In this document: in pieces, positions 46,789 to 57,565 of the stretch
Layout of the letters: every line of letters begins with the position of its first letter
Numbering within the stretch: the first letter of the stretch is position 1
Origin: Bacteroidota bacterium
GTDB lineage: Bacteria; Bacteroidota; Bacteroidia; Bacteroidales; FEN-979
Direction: 5' to 3'
Assembly: GCA_026391715.1 (NCBI GenBank)
Contig: JAPLDO010000045.1
Coordinates: forward strand, 73,758 to 137,757
DNA length: 64,000 nt
The notes under the pieces: model-generated
The model's input: the letters and a program-made list of their open reading frames with translations, nothing else
Databases searched by the model: none
What the model was told of the DNA's origin: nothing
Made by a program: the position numbers and the translations under genes

Positions 46789-47550
46789 ATGAATCCAATT
46801 TCAATTTACATCGTTGAAGATGAATTATTGATTGCTGCAAGTTTAAAATCGCAGTTACAACAATTTGGCTTTGTTATCAGCGGCTCTTCAATCCGCGGTG
46901 AAACCTGTCTTGAAGAGATAGAAAAACTTTCAAAGCTGGGGAAAGAACCGGAGATTATTCTTATGGATATTCATTTGCGCGGCGAAATGGATGGAATAGA
47001 AACAGCGCAGAGAATCAATGAAAAATTCAATTGTGCGATAATTTTTCTTACCGGGCAAAGTTCAAAAGATGTTTATAAACTTTCATTCAGGACTAAGCCA
47101 TTTGGGTATTTGCTTAAGCCCATTGACATGGAACAAATGAAAATGACCATTGAAATTGCGGCATATCAGCGTAATCTTGAAATCGAGAATAAGTTGAATC
47201 AGAAGGGGCTTGAAACTTTACTCGAAAAACGTTCTCAGGAGAACACCGACCTGATGATCTTATATCAGACCATCATTGACAATTCGCTGATGGGTTTAAC
47301 CATAATGCAGGATGAAAGATTTGTTTTTTCCAACAACCGAACTGCTGAAATTTTCGGCTATCCGCTTGATGAATTTCAAACCTTTACTATCCGCGAAATT
47401 GTAGGAATGGTACATAGTGACGACAGGGAAAATGTGATCGCTTTATCCCATCCAGGATTGGATGGTACGGAGTCCCCAAGTCATCATCAGATTAGAATAA
47501 TAACCAGAACAGGACAGTTGAAGCACCTTGATACTTATATCAGTAGTTAA
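46789..47550 (+). CDS. Response regulator receiver domain fused to a PAS-like domain, no recognisable output domain
   Basis: IVEDE...ILMDIHL...LLKP receiver motifs. The C-terminal half is PAS-like (TIIDNSLMGLTIM...IFGY...). Confidence 0.8.
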   Translation: MNPISIYIVEDELLIAASLKSQLQQFGFVISGSSIRGETCLEEIEKLSKLGKEPEIILMDIHLRGEMDGIETAQRINEKFNCAIIFLTGQSSKDVYKLSFRTKPFGYLLKPIDMEQMKMTIEIAAYQRNLEIENKLNQKGLETLLEKRSQENTDLMILYQTIIDNSLMGLTIMQDERFVFSNNRTAEIFGYPLDEFQTFTIREIVGMVHSDDRENVIALSHPGLDGTESPSHHQIRIITRTGQLKHLDTYISS

Positions 47551-47568
47551 AAAAAAGGAGATTTAAAT

Positions 47569-49524
47569 ATGACTCAAATCAAAAGCATGATGTTTATCTT
47601 GCTGGCGCTGATTTTTTCTTTAACGCTTTCAGCGCAAACAACCACTGATCTGATAACCAAAGCGGGAGATGAATCAACCTATCCGGGATACGATCAGTTG
47701 GTTGTTTTCGACAGTACGATTGTGGATGTTCGGGAAACAGGTCTGACTTTTGTAATAAGCCATTCCCTTACGAAGGTTTTAACAAGTCATGGCGCCATTG
47801 ATCTCAGTGTTATCAAATATGGTTATGATCCACTTTCGGCATGGGTTGAAATCAGGAAGGCGGTGATTTATAAAAAATCAGGAAAGGTTATTGAACTGGA
47901 TTTGAATAAAGTGATGGATTATCCTGCGCCTGCAAGAGCCATTTATTGGGGAGCGAGGGAAAAGGCGCTCGAAATTGGACGATTAGAGCCTGGCGACGCC
48001 ATTGAAATGACGATGTTCCGCAAAGGATTCACTTATGCATTGCTGATGGCTGATGACGATGAAAAATACATCCCTCCCATGCGCGGCCAGTTTTATGACA
48101 TTGTGGAATTCTTTTATACACAACCGGTAAAAAATAAGGTTTATCAGGTTGCGGTTCCAAAAGATAAACCTCTACAGTATCAATTTTACAATGGCGAAGC
48201 TCAATCCTCCTGCTGGTTCAGCGATGATAAAATCATTTATACCTTCAGTAAAAAAGAGATGACACCGCTGAAAAACGAGTCGAAGATGGTAGCAATGGTT
48301 GATGTAGCTCCTAAACTTCTTGTCTCCACCACGCCCGGCTGGGAGGCAAAATCAACCTGGTTTTACAAGGTGAATGAAGATTTTGGAAGTTTTACCTCAA
48401 CCCCGGAGATCAAACTGAAGGTTGATGAAATTCTTAAAGGGGCAAGAAATGAGATGGATTCGGTATCGCGACTAACTCATTGGGTTGCCGATGAAATTCG
48501 TTATTCAGGAATTTCAATGGGATGTGGCGAAGGTTTTACGCTTCATAAGGGCGGAATGACCTTTACCGATCGCTGTGGAGTATGCAAAGATAAAGCTGGA
48601 ATGTTGATAACCATGCTGAGGGCGGCAGGTTTCAAATCCTATCCTGCCATGACAATGGCTGGTACCCGCATTGACTACATTGCCGCCGATCAATTCAACC
48701 ATTGTGTTACGGTTGTAAAATTACGCGACGGAAAATATCACCTGCTCGACCCCACCTGGGTTCCGTTTGTCCGCGAATTGTGGTCGAGCGCCGAACAACA
48801 GCAGCAATACCTCATGGGAATTCCCGAAGGAGCCGACCTGGCAACAACTCCAATTTCTGCTCCTGAGAACCACTTTATAAAAATTGACGGCGCATCTCAA
48901 CTTCTTGCCGATGGAACTCTCAAAGGACGAATTACCATAACCGCTGAAGGGCAATCGGACGCCTCTGTTCGTGGATTGTTCAAATATTCAAACAGAACGA
49001 TGTGGTATCAAAATGTGGAAAGAGAACTTCTGAAGGTTTGGCCCCAGGCGAAGGTAAACCAGGTTAAATATACCGATCCGGGCGATTACCAGAATTACAA
49101 TATCTGGGTAGCCATTGATTTCACAATACCTGAGTTTGCTATGGTTTCTGAGGGTGCTATGATATTTGTTCCATTATCGGCGAGCGGTATTTTTAAATCA
49201 TTTCAGCCGCATCTTGCCTTTGAAACCAATTTGAAGGAGCGTAAATATCCATTTCGCGACCGTTGTTCACGAACAGTCGAAATCAATGAATCGGTTGTTT
49301 TGCCGGCTTATAAAAAAATTCTGCGGCTTCCTGAAAGCGTCAATAACGATGGAAAAACAGTATCATTCCAGGCAAATTACCGCGCATCATCTGAAGCCGT
49401 TGTCTTTTCGGCAAAAGCTGTTTTTCCAAAACGCATGTATGAAGCTGGAGAATGGCCCGAATTTAAGTCTGCAATTGATTTGCAGAATAGTTTTGCGGGG
49501 CAGTATGTTACGGTTGAATTGTAA
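47569..49524 (+). CDS. DUF3857-type N-domain plus transglutaminase-like cysteine protease core, secreted
   Basis: Signal peptide. The core is RCGVCKDKAGMLITMLRAAG ... FNHCVTVV ... HLLDPTW (Cys-His-Asp candidates). Confidence 0.75.
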   Translation: MTQIKSMMFILLALIFSLTLSAQTTTDLITKAGDESTYPGYDQLVVFDSTIVDVRETGLTFVISHSLTKVLTSHGAIDLSVIKYGYDPLSAWVEIRKAVIYKKSGKVIELDLNKVMDYPAPARAIYWGAREKALEIGRLEPGDAIEMTMFRKGFTYALLMADDDEKYIPPMRGQFYDIVEFFYTQPVKNKVYQVAVPKDKPLQYQFYNGEAQSSCWFSDDKIIYTFSKKEMTPLKNESKMVAMVDVAPKLLVSTTPGWEAKSTWFYKVNEDFGSFTSTPEIKLKVDEILKGARNEMDSVSRLTHWVADEIRYSGISMGCGEGFTLHKGGMTFTDRCGVCKDKAGMLITMLRAAGFKSYPAMTMAGTRIDYIAADQFNHCVTVVKLRDGKYHLLDPTWVPFVRELWSSAEQQQQYLMGIPEGADLATTPISAPENHFIKIDGASQLLADGTLKGRITITAEGQSDASVRGLFKYSNRTMWYQNVERELLKVWPQAKVNQVKYTDPGDYQNYNIWVAIDFTIPEFAMVSEGAMIFVPLSASGIFKSFQPHLAFETNLKERKYPFRDRCSRTVEINESVVLPAYKKILRLPESVNNDGKTVSFQANYRASSEAVVFSAKAVFPKRMYEAGEWPEFKSAIDLQNSFAGQYVTVEL

Positions 49525-49581
49525 AGACGATTTTCATTTTTTAATCGAATAACCCTGTTTTTCAACATAATTAATCTCAAT

Positions 49582-51426
49582 ATGATAAATTATAACCCTG
49601 TTTGTTTTTTCATTGGGATGGCATTCCTTCTCTCCGGCTCACTTTCCGCCCAGAATGAAAAGTACGATGCAGTTTACGACAAACTGATCAAAGAATATAC
49701 CCTGAATAGCGACGGAAGCATGGACTACCGTTATACTAAACAATTGAAATTGCAGTCCTATCGGGCATTTCATAACCTATACGGGGAAACTTTTATTGTT
49801 TATGACACAGTTAATCAGAAACTGAAAATCAATGAGGTTTTTACAATCATGGCAGATGGCAAAAAAGTTATAACGCCGCAAAATGCCTTTAATGAAGTTC
49901 TTCCGGGTTTTGCCGCCAATGCTCCTGCTTACAATTATCTCCGTGAGATGGTCATAACCCACACTGGTCTGGAACGGAATGCAACTATCAATCTCGATTA
50001 TCAGGTTCACAGCAAAAAAGGTTCTTTTCCCTGCATGATGGGAAATGAGGTTCTCGCCGAATCGGAACCGGTTAAAAATCTTGAGGTCAGAGTACGGATA
50101 CCAGTAGGGTCTGAATTATTTTACAAGATATTCAACAGTAATGAAAAACCGGTAGAAACACAGGAAGGCAATTATCGGGTATTTACCTGGAAACGCTCGG
50201 ATGCGCCCGCCATTTCGGCTGAAGATGGACAACCCGCAGGACTTTCATCTTACCCGCGACTTATTTTCAGCTCCTCCGATACACCCGAAGATGCTTACGC
50301 GTTTTTACTCAGTCAGCCTGCTTTCAGTTTCACCCTGAATGAAGAGATGAAAAACGAAATTTCCAAACTCAGGAATAAATACATTGACAAATTTGAACTT
50401 GCTTTGAATATCCAGGAAATGATAGTGGACAATATACGGTTATATCCAATTCCATTCCGTGCGGCAATGTTTAAATGCCGCACTGCTGAACAATCCTGGA
50501 ACAGCGCTGGCGCCACAACGGTCGAAAAAGCCGTTTTGCTCGCCGCGATGCTTAAATCTGCCGGCTTCGACGCACAGGTAGCCGCCGTTGTAAGAACTGC
50601 TTTTTCCGACGATAAAATAGCCACTTTGAACGATATCGAGGATTTTACAGTCAGGGTTGATTTCAAAGAGGATGGACCCTGGTATTTTTCGGTGACAGGT
50701 TTAAATTCCGTCAATCTGAAATACACGCTTCCGGGACGTTCATTTATCATTTTCGGCGCCGACGGGAAGATTACAAAGGAAAAGTCGGAGATACCCCGGC
50801 ACACCATCAAGGTAATCGGAAATTTTATTGTTTCCTCCGACCCGAAACTGACCGGAGAAGTTTCGCTTTATTTCGGGGGAAGCGTATATCCGCAGGCTGG
50901 ATTATCGAGGGATAAGAAAAAAATGAGAAACGCGCTTACCGGTAACCTGATTAAAAACGATAGTGTTAATCTGAAAAAGAACATCCTGAATAATGAAAAC
51001 GGTTTTCAAACCTACATAGTTCAAAGCGACAAGCCATTTAAAAAAGATACGGATTTCTATTTTTTCCAGTTACCGGTTGTGAATACGGGGATTGAAGGCT
51101 GGTACATCCGGACATTGTCGGAAAAACGGGAAACAGCTTATGAAATTCCAGCGCTGGCTGATGAATCCTATTCCTATACATTCATTATTCCCGCCACATT
51201 GACGTTGTTTACTCCGGAGAAGAAGAAAACCATCAGCAACAAAGCCGGAACTTATTCCTGGGAAGTAACGAATGAAAAGGGTAAGGTTAGCGTTAAGCGA
51301 AGCCTGAAATTCAATGATCTTGTGATTCCGGTTTCAGTTTATCCCGATTTGAAAATCCTTATGGATTACTGGAACAATCCCTGGTACAAGGAGCTTGTTT
51401 TTAAACAACTTCTCACCGTTGAATGA
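49582..51426 (+). CDS. Paralogous DUF3857/DUF3858-type protein with degenerate (Cys-less) transglutaminase-like core
   Basis: Similar length and architecture. The equivalent core segment reads SAGATTVEKAVLLAAMLKSAGFDAQV, with no Cys. Confidence 0.6.
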   Translation: MINYNPVCFFIGMAFLLSGSLSAQNEKYDAVYDKLIKEYTLNSDGSMDYRYTKQLKLQSYRAFHNLYGETFIVYDTVNQKLKINEVFTIMADGKKVITPQNAFNEVLPGFAANAPAYNYLREMVITHTGLERNATINLDYQVHSKKGSFPCMMGNEVLAESEPVKNLEVRVRIPVGSELFYKIFNSNEKPVETQEGNYRVFTWKRSDAPAISAEDGQPAGLSSYPRLIFSSSDTPEDAYAFLLSQPAFSFTLNEEMKNEISKLRNKYIDKFELALNIQEMIVDNIRLYPIPFRAAMFKCRTAEQSWNSAGATTVEKAVLLAAMLKSAGFDAQVAAVVRTAFSDDKIATLNDIEDFTVRVDFKEDGPWYFSVTGLNSVNLKYTLPGRSFIIFGADGKITKEKSEIPRHTIKVIGNFIVSSDPKLTGEVSLYFGGSVYPQAGLSRDKKKMRNALTGNLIKNDSVNLKKNILNNENGFQTYIVQSDKPFKKDTDFYFFQLPVVNTGIEGWYIRTLSEKRETAYEIPALADESYSYTFIIPATLTLFTPEKKKTISNKAGTYSWEVTNEKGKVSVKRSLKFNDLVIPVSVYPDLKILMDYWNNPWYKELVFKQLLTVE

Positions 51427-53359
51427 TTCTGCCCAGACCATCGCGGTTGATATGTACACTCTGGTTTTTCAATTTCACATAAGATTGCTGTAAGGCAAAC
51501 TGCTCCTCTGCGGTAGTTGCGGTTTCAAGTTTTTTCCGGATTTCTGTCATCATTTTATCAAGTTTCCTTGCTTTGAAGGCATGTAGCGACAGGGTTACAT
51601 GCATCAGCAGCCGCGTTTCCTCGGTGGTAATCATGATGTTGTTTTTTAGCCAGTTCGGGCTAAGTTCATAAGGAGTAAACACCAGGTTTATGGCTACGCC
51701 GGAAATTCCCGGATCACTGTTGGAAAGAAAGAAATCGCGGTCGGGCATTTCATCACTTTCAGCGCCTTTTACATATTCCCCGAAAATGGTTTTGTAAACC
51801 TCATTTTCAAAGTCCATTTTATCGTTAATCAGGTCGTTAACCACAAAATCGGCTACCTGAACCGGCGTTTCTTCATCTTCGGTTTTGCTGAGCTTCAGGT
51901 TAATGATCTCTTTACCGTAAAGAAGCAGTAGCCGGATGATCTCTTTTTCCTGATATTCTGGCGAATCGGGGTCAATCTCAAGCTGGGGTTCGGCGGGAAT
52001 CAGTTCCGGCGGAATCTCCTCCATCGCCTTATCCAGTTCCGGCGAGCTTTTACGGAGTTTATTGCGCAGGATTTTGTTCAGTTCATTCTGAAGAACCTGT
52101 TCGGAAATGGTCATAATAGCCGAACACTCACGCACATACAACGACCGTGAAATCGGATCCGGGATAAGTCCGATAGTATTCACAATCTCCTTGATCAGCG
52201 CTGCCTTTTTGATTGGATCGCCTTGTGTTTCACCGAGCAGCAGGCGTGTTTTGAACAGGATAAAATTGACGGCGTTATCTGAAATGAAGGAGGTAACTTC
52301 CGTTGGATGGTGTTTCCGGGCGAATGAATCGGGATCTTCCCCGTCGGGAAACAGCACGATCTTCACATTCATGCCGTGTTCCACAATCATATCAATACCT
52401 CTGAATGAAGCCTTGATACCGGCAGGATCGCCGTCGTACAGAATTGAAATATTCGGGGTAAAACGCTGGATCATCCTGATTTGATCCTGCGTAAGCGAGG
52501 TTCCCGACGACGCCACTACATTTTCGATTCCCGCCTGGTGCATTGAGATTACATCGGTGTAACCTTCAACCAGCAGACAACTATCTTTTGAAATGATAGC
52601 ATTTTTGGCAAAATAGATTCCGTAGAGGGTTTTGCTTTTGCTATAAATCTCAGATTCGGGCGAGTTGACATATTTTGCGAATGATTTATCGTTTCCGAGA
52701 ATTCGTCCGCCGAAGCCGATTACCCTGCCCGAAGCGGTGTGAATAGGGAACATCACCCTGCCATGAAACCGGTCGTATAAGCGGTTCTCTTTTTCGATGG
52801 AAAGCCCGGTTTTCAGAAGGTATTCCTTTTTATAGCCGTGTTGGGTGGCATGGTCGGAAAAAGTGTCCCATTTGCCGGGGCTGAAACCGAGTTGGAATTT
52901 TTTCACGAGGTCGTCGCGCATACCGCGTTCCCTGAAGTAGGAGAGACCTATTGATTTTCCTTCTGAGGTTTCATTCAGGATTGTGGCAAAGTACTGTCGG
53001 GCAAAATCGGAAAGATTATAGAGGCTCTCTTTTTCATTGAGTTCCTGAATCTGCTCCGGGGTTTGTTCTTTTTCCTCAATTTCGATGTTGTATTTCCGGG
53101 CGAGGTATTTGAGCGCTTCGGGATAGGAGAAATGCTCATGCTCCATGATGAAATTCACCGAATTTCCGGCTTTGCCGCAGCCAAAACACTTGTAGATTCC
53201 TTTGGCGGGCGAAACAGTAAACGATGGCGTTTTCTCATTATGAAAAGGACATAATCCCAGAAGGTTAACACCGCGTCTGCGAAGGCTCACGAAATCGCCG
53301 ATTACCTCCTCCACGCGGGCAGTCTGGATGATAGTGTCAATAGTGTCGCGGCTAATCAT
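51413..53359 (-). CDS. dnaG: DNA primase DnaG
   Basis: Zinc ribbon CPFHNEKTPSF...CFGCG and TOPRIM motifs (LVEGYTDV, LYDGDPAG). Confidence 0.95.
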   Translation of the reverse strand: MISRDTIDTIIQTARVEEVIGDFVSLRRRGVNLLGLCPFHNEKTPSFTVSPAKGIYKCFGCGKAGNSVNFIMEHEHFSYPEALKYLARKYNIEIEEKEQTPEQIQELNEKESLYNLSDFARQYFATILNETSEGKSIGLSYFRERGMRDDLVKKFQLGFSPGKWDTFSDHATQHGYKKEYLLKTGLSIEKENRLYDRFHGRVMFPIHTASGRVIGFGGRILGNDKSFAKYVNSPESEIYSKSKTLYGIYFAKNAIISKDSCLLVEGYTDVISMHQAGIENVVASSGTSLTQDQIRMIQRFTPNISILYDGDPAGIKASFRGIDMIVEHGMNVKIVLFPDGEDPDSFARKHHPTEVTSFISDNAVNFILFKTRLLLGETQGDPIKKAALIKEIVNTIGLIPDPISRSLYVRECSAIMTISEQVLQNELNKILRNKLRKSSPELDKAMEEIPPELIPAEPQLEIDPDSPEYQEKEIIRLLLLYGKEIINLKLSKTEDEETPVQVADFVVNDLINDKMDFENEVYKTIFGEYVKGAESDEMPDRDFFLSNSDPGISGVAINLVFTPYELSPNWLKNNIMITTEETRLLMHVTLSLHAFKARKLDKMMTEIRKKLETATTAEEQFALQQSYVKLKNQSVHINRDGLGRIIQR

Positions 53360-53505
53360 AGTTTCAGACGAATAATTGGGTTACAAAGATACCGGTTTGA
53401 AATGCAGCGGAGGCGCTTTCGGGGGTTTACCGGTAATTTTCTCCCGATTGCTTTATACATTAACTATTTTTTTGATGCTTTTGCTTATCACATTAAGCAA
53501 AATGG

Positions 53506-54067
53506 ATGGAATCGTTATATAATTATCAAAATCAACTTGTTACCTCAACGGAATTTTTATTTCGCCGACCGCTGGTTGATAAAATTGAGTGGGGTGAACG
53601 TTTGGTTGGTTTGTTTGGGGCGCGCGGGGTAGGAAAGACAACTTGTCTTCTTCAGCATCTTACCGACCAGCCATTTCCTGATAAGTCGAGGTTGTATGTT
53701 TCAATTGATAATCTGGTAAATCCTTATCCAACAATAATTTCGTTAGCCGAAGCATTTTACCGGCAAGGAGGGAAAGAACTCATTTCGGAATACCTTGCTT
53801 CAATATCTTGGCATTCTTGAAAAAACCGGCATTATAAACACACTTTTCAATTCGGGAAGTTTTTACGGCAAGCTAACCAAGCATAAGGTTGAACTGGCGG
53901 AAAAAGGAGATTTCCGGGTTGACGAAAAATATACCTTTGAAATTGGCGGCAAAGGAAAAACCCGTAAGCAAATTGCCGGAATCCCATCCGGTTATGTTGT
54001 AGTGGATGATACGGAAACCGGGTATGAAAATAAAATTCCGCTGTGGTTGTTTGGATTTTTGTATTAG
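53506..54067 (+). pseudogene. Decayed AAA+ ATPase (P-loop N-fragment plus C-terminal fragment in another frame)
   Basis: The N-fragment has GARGVGKTT (Walker A). The second fragment, in a different frame, ends ...FEIGGKGKTRKQI...NKIPLWLFGFLY, the usual C-terminus of this Bacteroidota ATPase family. Only about 190 of an expected roughly 390 aa are present. Confidence 0.65.
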
Positions 54068-54138
54068 ACCAGCCGGCAAGAACACGGAAGTACACTGAGG
54101 TTTCACGGAGAACTACAGAGAAAGACTTATTTCACATC

Positions 54139-57100
54139 CTATTGTTTAATTATTTTAAACATCTCCATTTTCCCTTCATGCTTCACGCTGACCAGGTATA
54201 TGCAGGCTGCCAGGTTTTCAAGGGAAAATGTTGTTTTTCCGGTCATCACAAGGGACTTGTTCATAACTTCAGCGCCCATCAGATTATAAATCCGGACAAG
54301 AAGCGGTGATGATGACCCGGAAGAAAATTCCAAATAAATGATTCCGGATGTAGGATTTGGGTATAGTTTACAGGATAATTGTTTTGAATCAATCTCAGCA
54401 GGCGCTTGCTCATCTTCCTTAAACACTGCTGGCATTGATGGCGTTTGGCAAAATGGGCCGGACGGTGAAATAAAGCCATGCATATAGCCTCCCGGTTGAA
54501 CAAAGGTATTCGGCAAACAGGCGATCCTCTGCCCTGCTATCAATGTTGCACTTCCCCCATCCTGAATCAGAAAGGAAGTCCCGCCTCCTGCCACCGTGAT
54601 GGAATTGGTTGCATTGTAGCATTGGTTTTGAGCGTTGACAATGGTACCGTTGACATTTGTATTGACCGGGAGTACATTCACGACCATCACAATGGTATTT
54701 GAAGTTGCCGGATTGCCAGTCACACACGAAGCATTCGAGGTCATCACGCATTTTACAACATCATTGTTTGAAGGGGCGTAAGAGAAGATCCCACTGCCAT
54801 CATTACTATACAAACCAAGTATTTCCGTGGCTGAAAGCGACCGGTTATAAACGCGGACCTCATCAATGGAGCCATTAAACGGATGGCTTGAGTTAATGGT
54901 CCGGTATCCAATATCAATAAATGAAGATTGTTGAATATACTGACTGCTCGCAACCGTTCCCCATTCCTGCCCATTGATAAAAAACATAAGGGTTCCGTTT
55001 GCCCTTGCAACTGCAATGTGATACCAGGTATGGGCAACAAATGGGTAATAGTTTGACATGCCAGCCAAACCTCCCCCCAGGTACATTTGAATATATCCTC
55101 CCCCGTTTTGAAAATTCAACTGGAAATTATCCAATGAAACGTTATCAACCAGGATCATTGGATAGTTGTTTAATGACAAGGGATGCACCCAGGCAGTTAT
55201 GGTGAAATCACCGCTTCCCAAAACCGGCCAGTTAACCTGGGGAATCCGGATGTAGTTTCCGTTCCCGTTGAAATAATATGCCTTGTCCGGACTGCCGTTA
55301 TGATCCTCGGTCAATACCGGGCCATTGACGATGCCATTGTTGCTGTTCCCGCTTACATCATTGGCGTTGCCGGTGAACGGATAATAGGACAGGAGATTGG
55401 TTGTATTACCGGAGCCAGTTGACATCAATTGGTTATTTACATACCACTGGAACAGTGGATTGCTTCCTCCATTCAACGGGGTTGCAATGTATTGAACCTG
55501 TTCTCCCTGGCAAACATTGTTTGAGGAAGCTGATATTGAAACGCCCAAAGGAAGGATTGGTTCAACCGTCATGGTCAGTGCGTTGGAAATAACCGGATTG
55601 ACCGAAACACACGAACCGCCAGGGGTCAATACACAAGTGACAACATCATTGGATTGCAGGACATTGGTTGTAAATACGGCATTTGTTGCTCCATTTACGA
55701 CCAAATCATTCTTTCTCCATTGATAGGCCGGGACTCCTCCATTTACGGGTGTCGCAGAAAAAGTAACAGTTGCACCAACGCATACAAAAACCGAAGGCTG
55801 GGCAACAATTGTTACACTTGATGTTGACGGGTTGATCCCTGTGATACTACCATTGACGTCTATCTGGGGATTCGGAAATCCTTCGTTCAACAGAAGTGAT
55901 GGAAGTTGCAAATTTGCATTTGAGCCCACTACAAACGCCGGTTTAAGCGTAAACCTCAGCTTGACCAGCACACCGGCTGCGCTGAATGAATTGACCCCGG
56001 ATCCCGCAAAGATCACCTGTCCGGCAGCAGGGTTGGCCACATACGACCACCCCTGGGTCAATGTTCCATTGCTGACCAGTTCGGCGAATGTCAGGTAGGT
56101 GGAATTGTAGGTGACGGTAGCCTGGATTGAACTTACATCTTCCTCTGAAGGCAATGCCTCTATCGTGATCGGATAATAGAATTCCCCTGCTGCCGGGCAG
56201 GTAGCGGTATCGGGCATCCAGACACGGGTATCATACACCAGCCAGTTCCCGGATGTGGCAGTTGCTCCAAAAAAATCGGCCGCCGTTACGGTTACATTCC
56301 CGCCATGGGTAGTGGTCATCAAACCGGTAGAACTGATGTTTGCAACACCGGAATTGCTGACGCTCCAGATAATAGGAGGCGTTCCCACTCCATTCAGGGT
56401 GAACTGTTTGGTCTGCCCGGCAACCAGGGTTCCGGAAGCGGGCGTAATGGACAATGATGGCAGGCTGACCGTTGTAAACTGGCCATTGGTGAAATTGGGT
56501 ACCATATCCTCATTGAACAATCCACTGATGAAAGTGAGTGCAGAGGTTCCCGTACTGGTCGTCGAGACCTGGAATTTTACATAGATCAGAACACCACTGC
56601 CCGATAAGGCAGTCGTACCGGCAAAATTGATCGTGAAGGTTCCCGGGACCGTTGCATTGTAAACCGGCACGGGATAAGTTGACAATAACGTCCCTGTCTG
56701 AACAATGCCCATCGGAATGAGCAGGTTCTGATTGTAGCTGAAACTGAACCCGCCCGAATATATCCCCAGTCCGCTCAGATCGGTAGCGTTGACCGGGATG
56801 TTGATATACTGTCCTTGGATCTGGCTCAGATTCGTCGGGATGGAAAGCCGCATAGGCCGAATCTCGATAAAACTGTTGGTCGTATCGCGCAATCCCTGAT
56901 TATCTGTCACAATAACTTTGGTAAATCCAGCCTGAGTGGCGGTCATGAGTCCGCTTGAACTGACCGAAGAGACCGCGGCGTTTGTAACCGACCACTGATA
57001 GGGCGCCAAGCCCCCTGAAACCGTGAATTGCATCGTCTCCCCTTTGGTGACCGAACCGGAATTCGGATTGATAGCAACAGAAGGTGGCGTATTGATCGTG

Positions 57101-57555
57101 AGCCATCCATTGTCAAGGTCCATTGCAGGGATCCCTTCGTTGAAGAAATTATTTTGAACCCCGGAAAAACTGACCGCAATCCACGCTGGCTGCAAAGCCT
57201 TGAAACGGATACAGATGAATTTCCCGATCCCGGTCAGCGGTGTTGTTCCGGCGCCTGCCATAGTCACCTGGCCGGGAACCGTGGTATTTATAATCGGGTT
57301 GCCAAAAGCGTTGCTGATGGTTCCGGTTGTGAAAACGGAGATCAACTGAAGATAATTCTGGTTGAAGGTGATTTGCAGCGTGTAGGAAAAAATATTCTGC
57401 CCGGTGAGGGTGTTGTCGGCGTAAACAGGCAAGTCTATGAAATTCCCTGAAAGCGCCGTACTGTCCGGAATCCGCATTTGAACAGTCTGTGCCTGCACTT
57501 GTTGAATTGCCACAACCATCCACAAAAAACTTATGGTGAAAAATATTTTTTTCAT
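54139..57555 (-). CDS. T9SS-sorted surface protein with three cohesin-like modules, Big2-like, Ig-like and LamG domains
   Basis: Cohesin-like modules begin at about aa 24 (MRIPDSTALSGNFIDLPVYA...YTLQITFNQNYLQL), about aa 233 (LSIPTNLSQIQGQYINIPVNA...FSFSYNQNLL) and about aa 445 (EFYYPITIEA...ATVTYNSTYLTF). LamG region: NGSIDEVRVYNRSLS. CTD: LYPNPTSGIIYLEF. Confidence 0.7.
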   Translation of the reverse strand: MKKIFFTISFLWMVVAIQQVQAQTVQMRIPDSTALSGNFIDLPVYADNTLTGQNIFSYTLQITFNQNYLQLISVFTTGTISNAFGNPIINTTVPGQVTMAGAGTTPLTGIGKFICIRFKALQPAWIAVSFSGVQNNFFNEGIPAMDLDNGWLTINTPPSVAINPNSGSVTKGETMQFTVSGGLAPYQWSVTNAAVSSVSSSGLMTATQAGFTKVIVTDNQGLRDTTNSFIEIRPMRLSIPTNLSQIQGQYINIPVNATDLSGLGIYSGGFSFSYNQNLLIPMGIVQTGTLLSTYPVPVYNATVPGTFTINFAGTTALSGSGVLIYVKFQVSTTSTGTSALTFISGLFNEDMVPNFTNGQFTTVSLPSLSITPASGTLVAGQTKQFTLNGVGTPPIIWSVSNSGVANISSTGLMTTTHGGNVTVTAADFFGATATSGNWLVYDTRVWMPDTATCPAAGEFYYPITIEALPSEEDVSSIQATVTYNSTYLTFAELVSNGTLTQGWSYVANPAAGQVIFAGSGVNSFSAAGVLVKLRFTLKPAFVVGSNANLQLPSLLLNEGFPNPQIDVNGSITGINPSTSSVTIVAQPSVFVCVGATVTFSATPVNGGVPAYQWRKNDLVVNGATNAVFTTNVLQSNDVVTCVLTPGGSCVSVNPVISNALTMTVEPILPLGVSISASSNNVCQGEQVQYIATPLNGGSNPLFQWYVNNQLMSTGSGNTTNLLSYYPFTGNANDVSGNSNNGIVNGPVLTEDHNGSPDKAYYFNGNGNYIRIPQVNWPVLGSGDFTITAWVHPLSLNNYPMILVDNVSLDNFQLNFQNGGGYIQMYLGGGLAGMSNYYPFVAHTWYHIAVARANGTLMFFINGQEWGTVASSQYIQQSSFIDIGYRTINSSHPFNGSIDEVRVYNRSLSATEILGLYSNDGSGIFSYAPSNNDVVKCVMTSNASCVTGNPATSNTIVMVVNVLPVNTNVNGTIVNAQNQCYNATNSITVAGGGTSFLIQDGGSATLIAGQRIACLPNTFVQPGGYMHGFISPSGPFCQTPSMPAVFKEDEQAPAEIDSKQLSCKLYPNPTSGIIYLEFSSGSSSPLLVRIYNLMGAEVMNKSLVMTGKTTFSLENLAACIYLVSVKHEGKMEMFKIIKQ

Positions 57556-57565
57556 ACTGTTTCGT

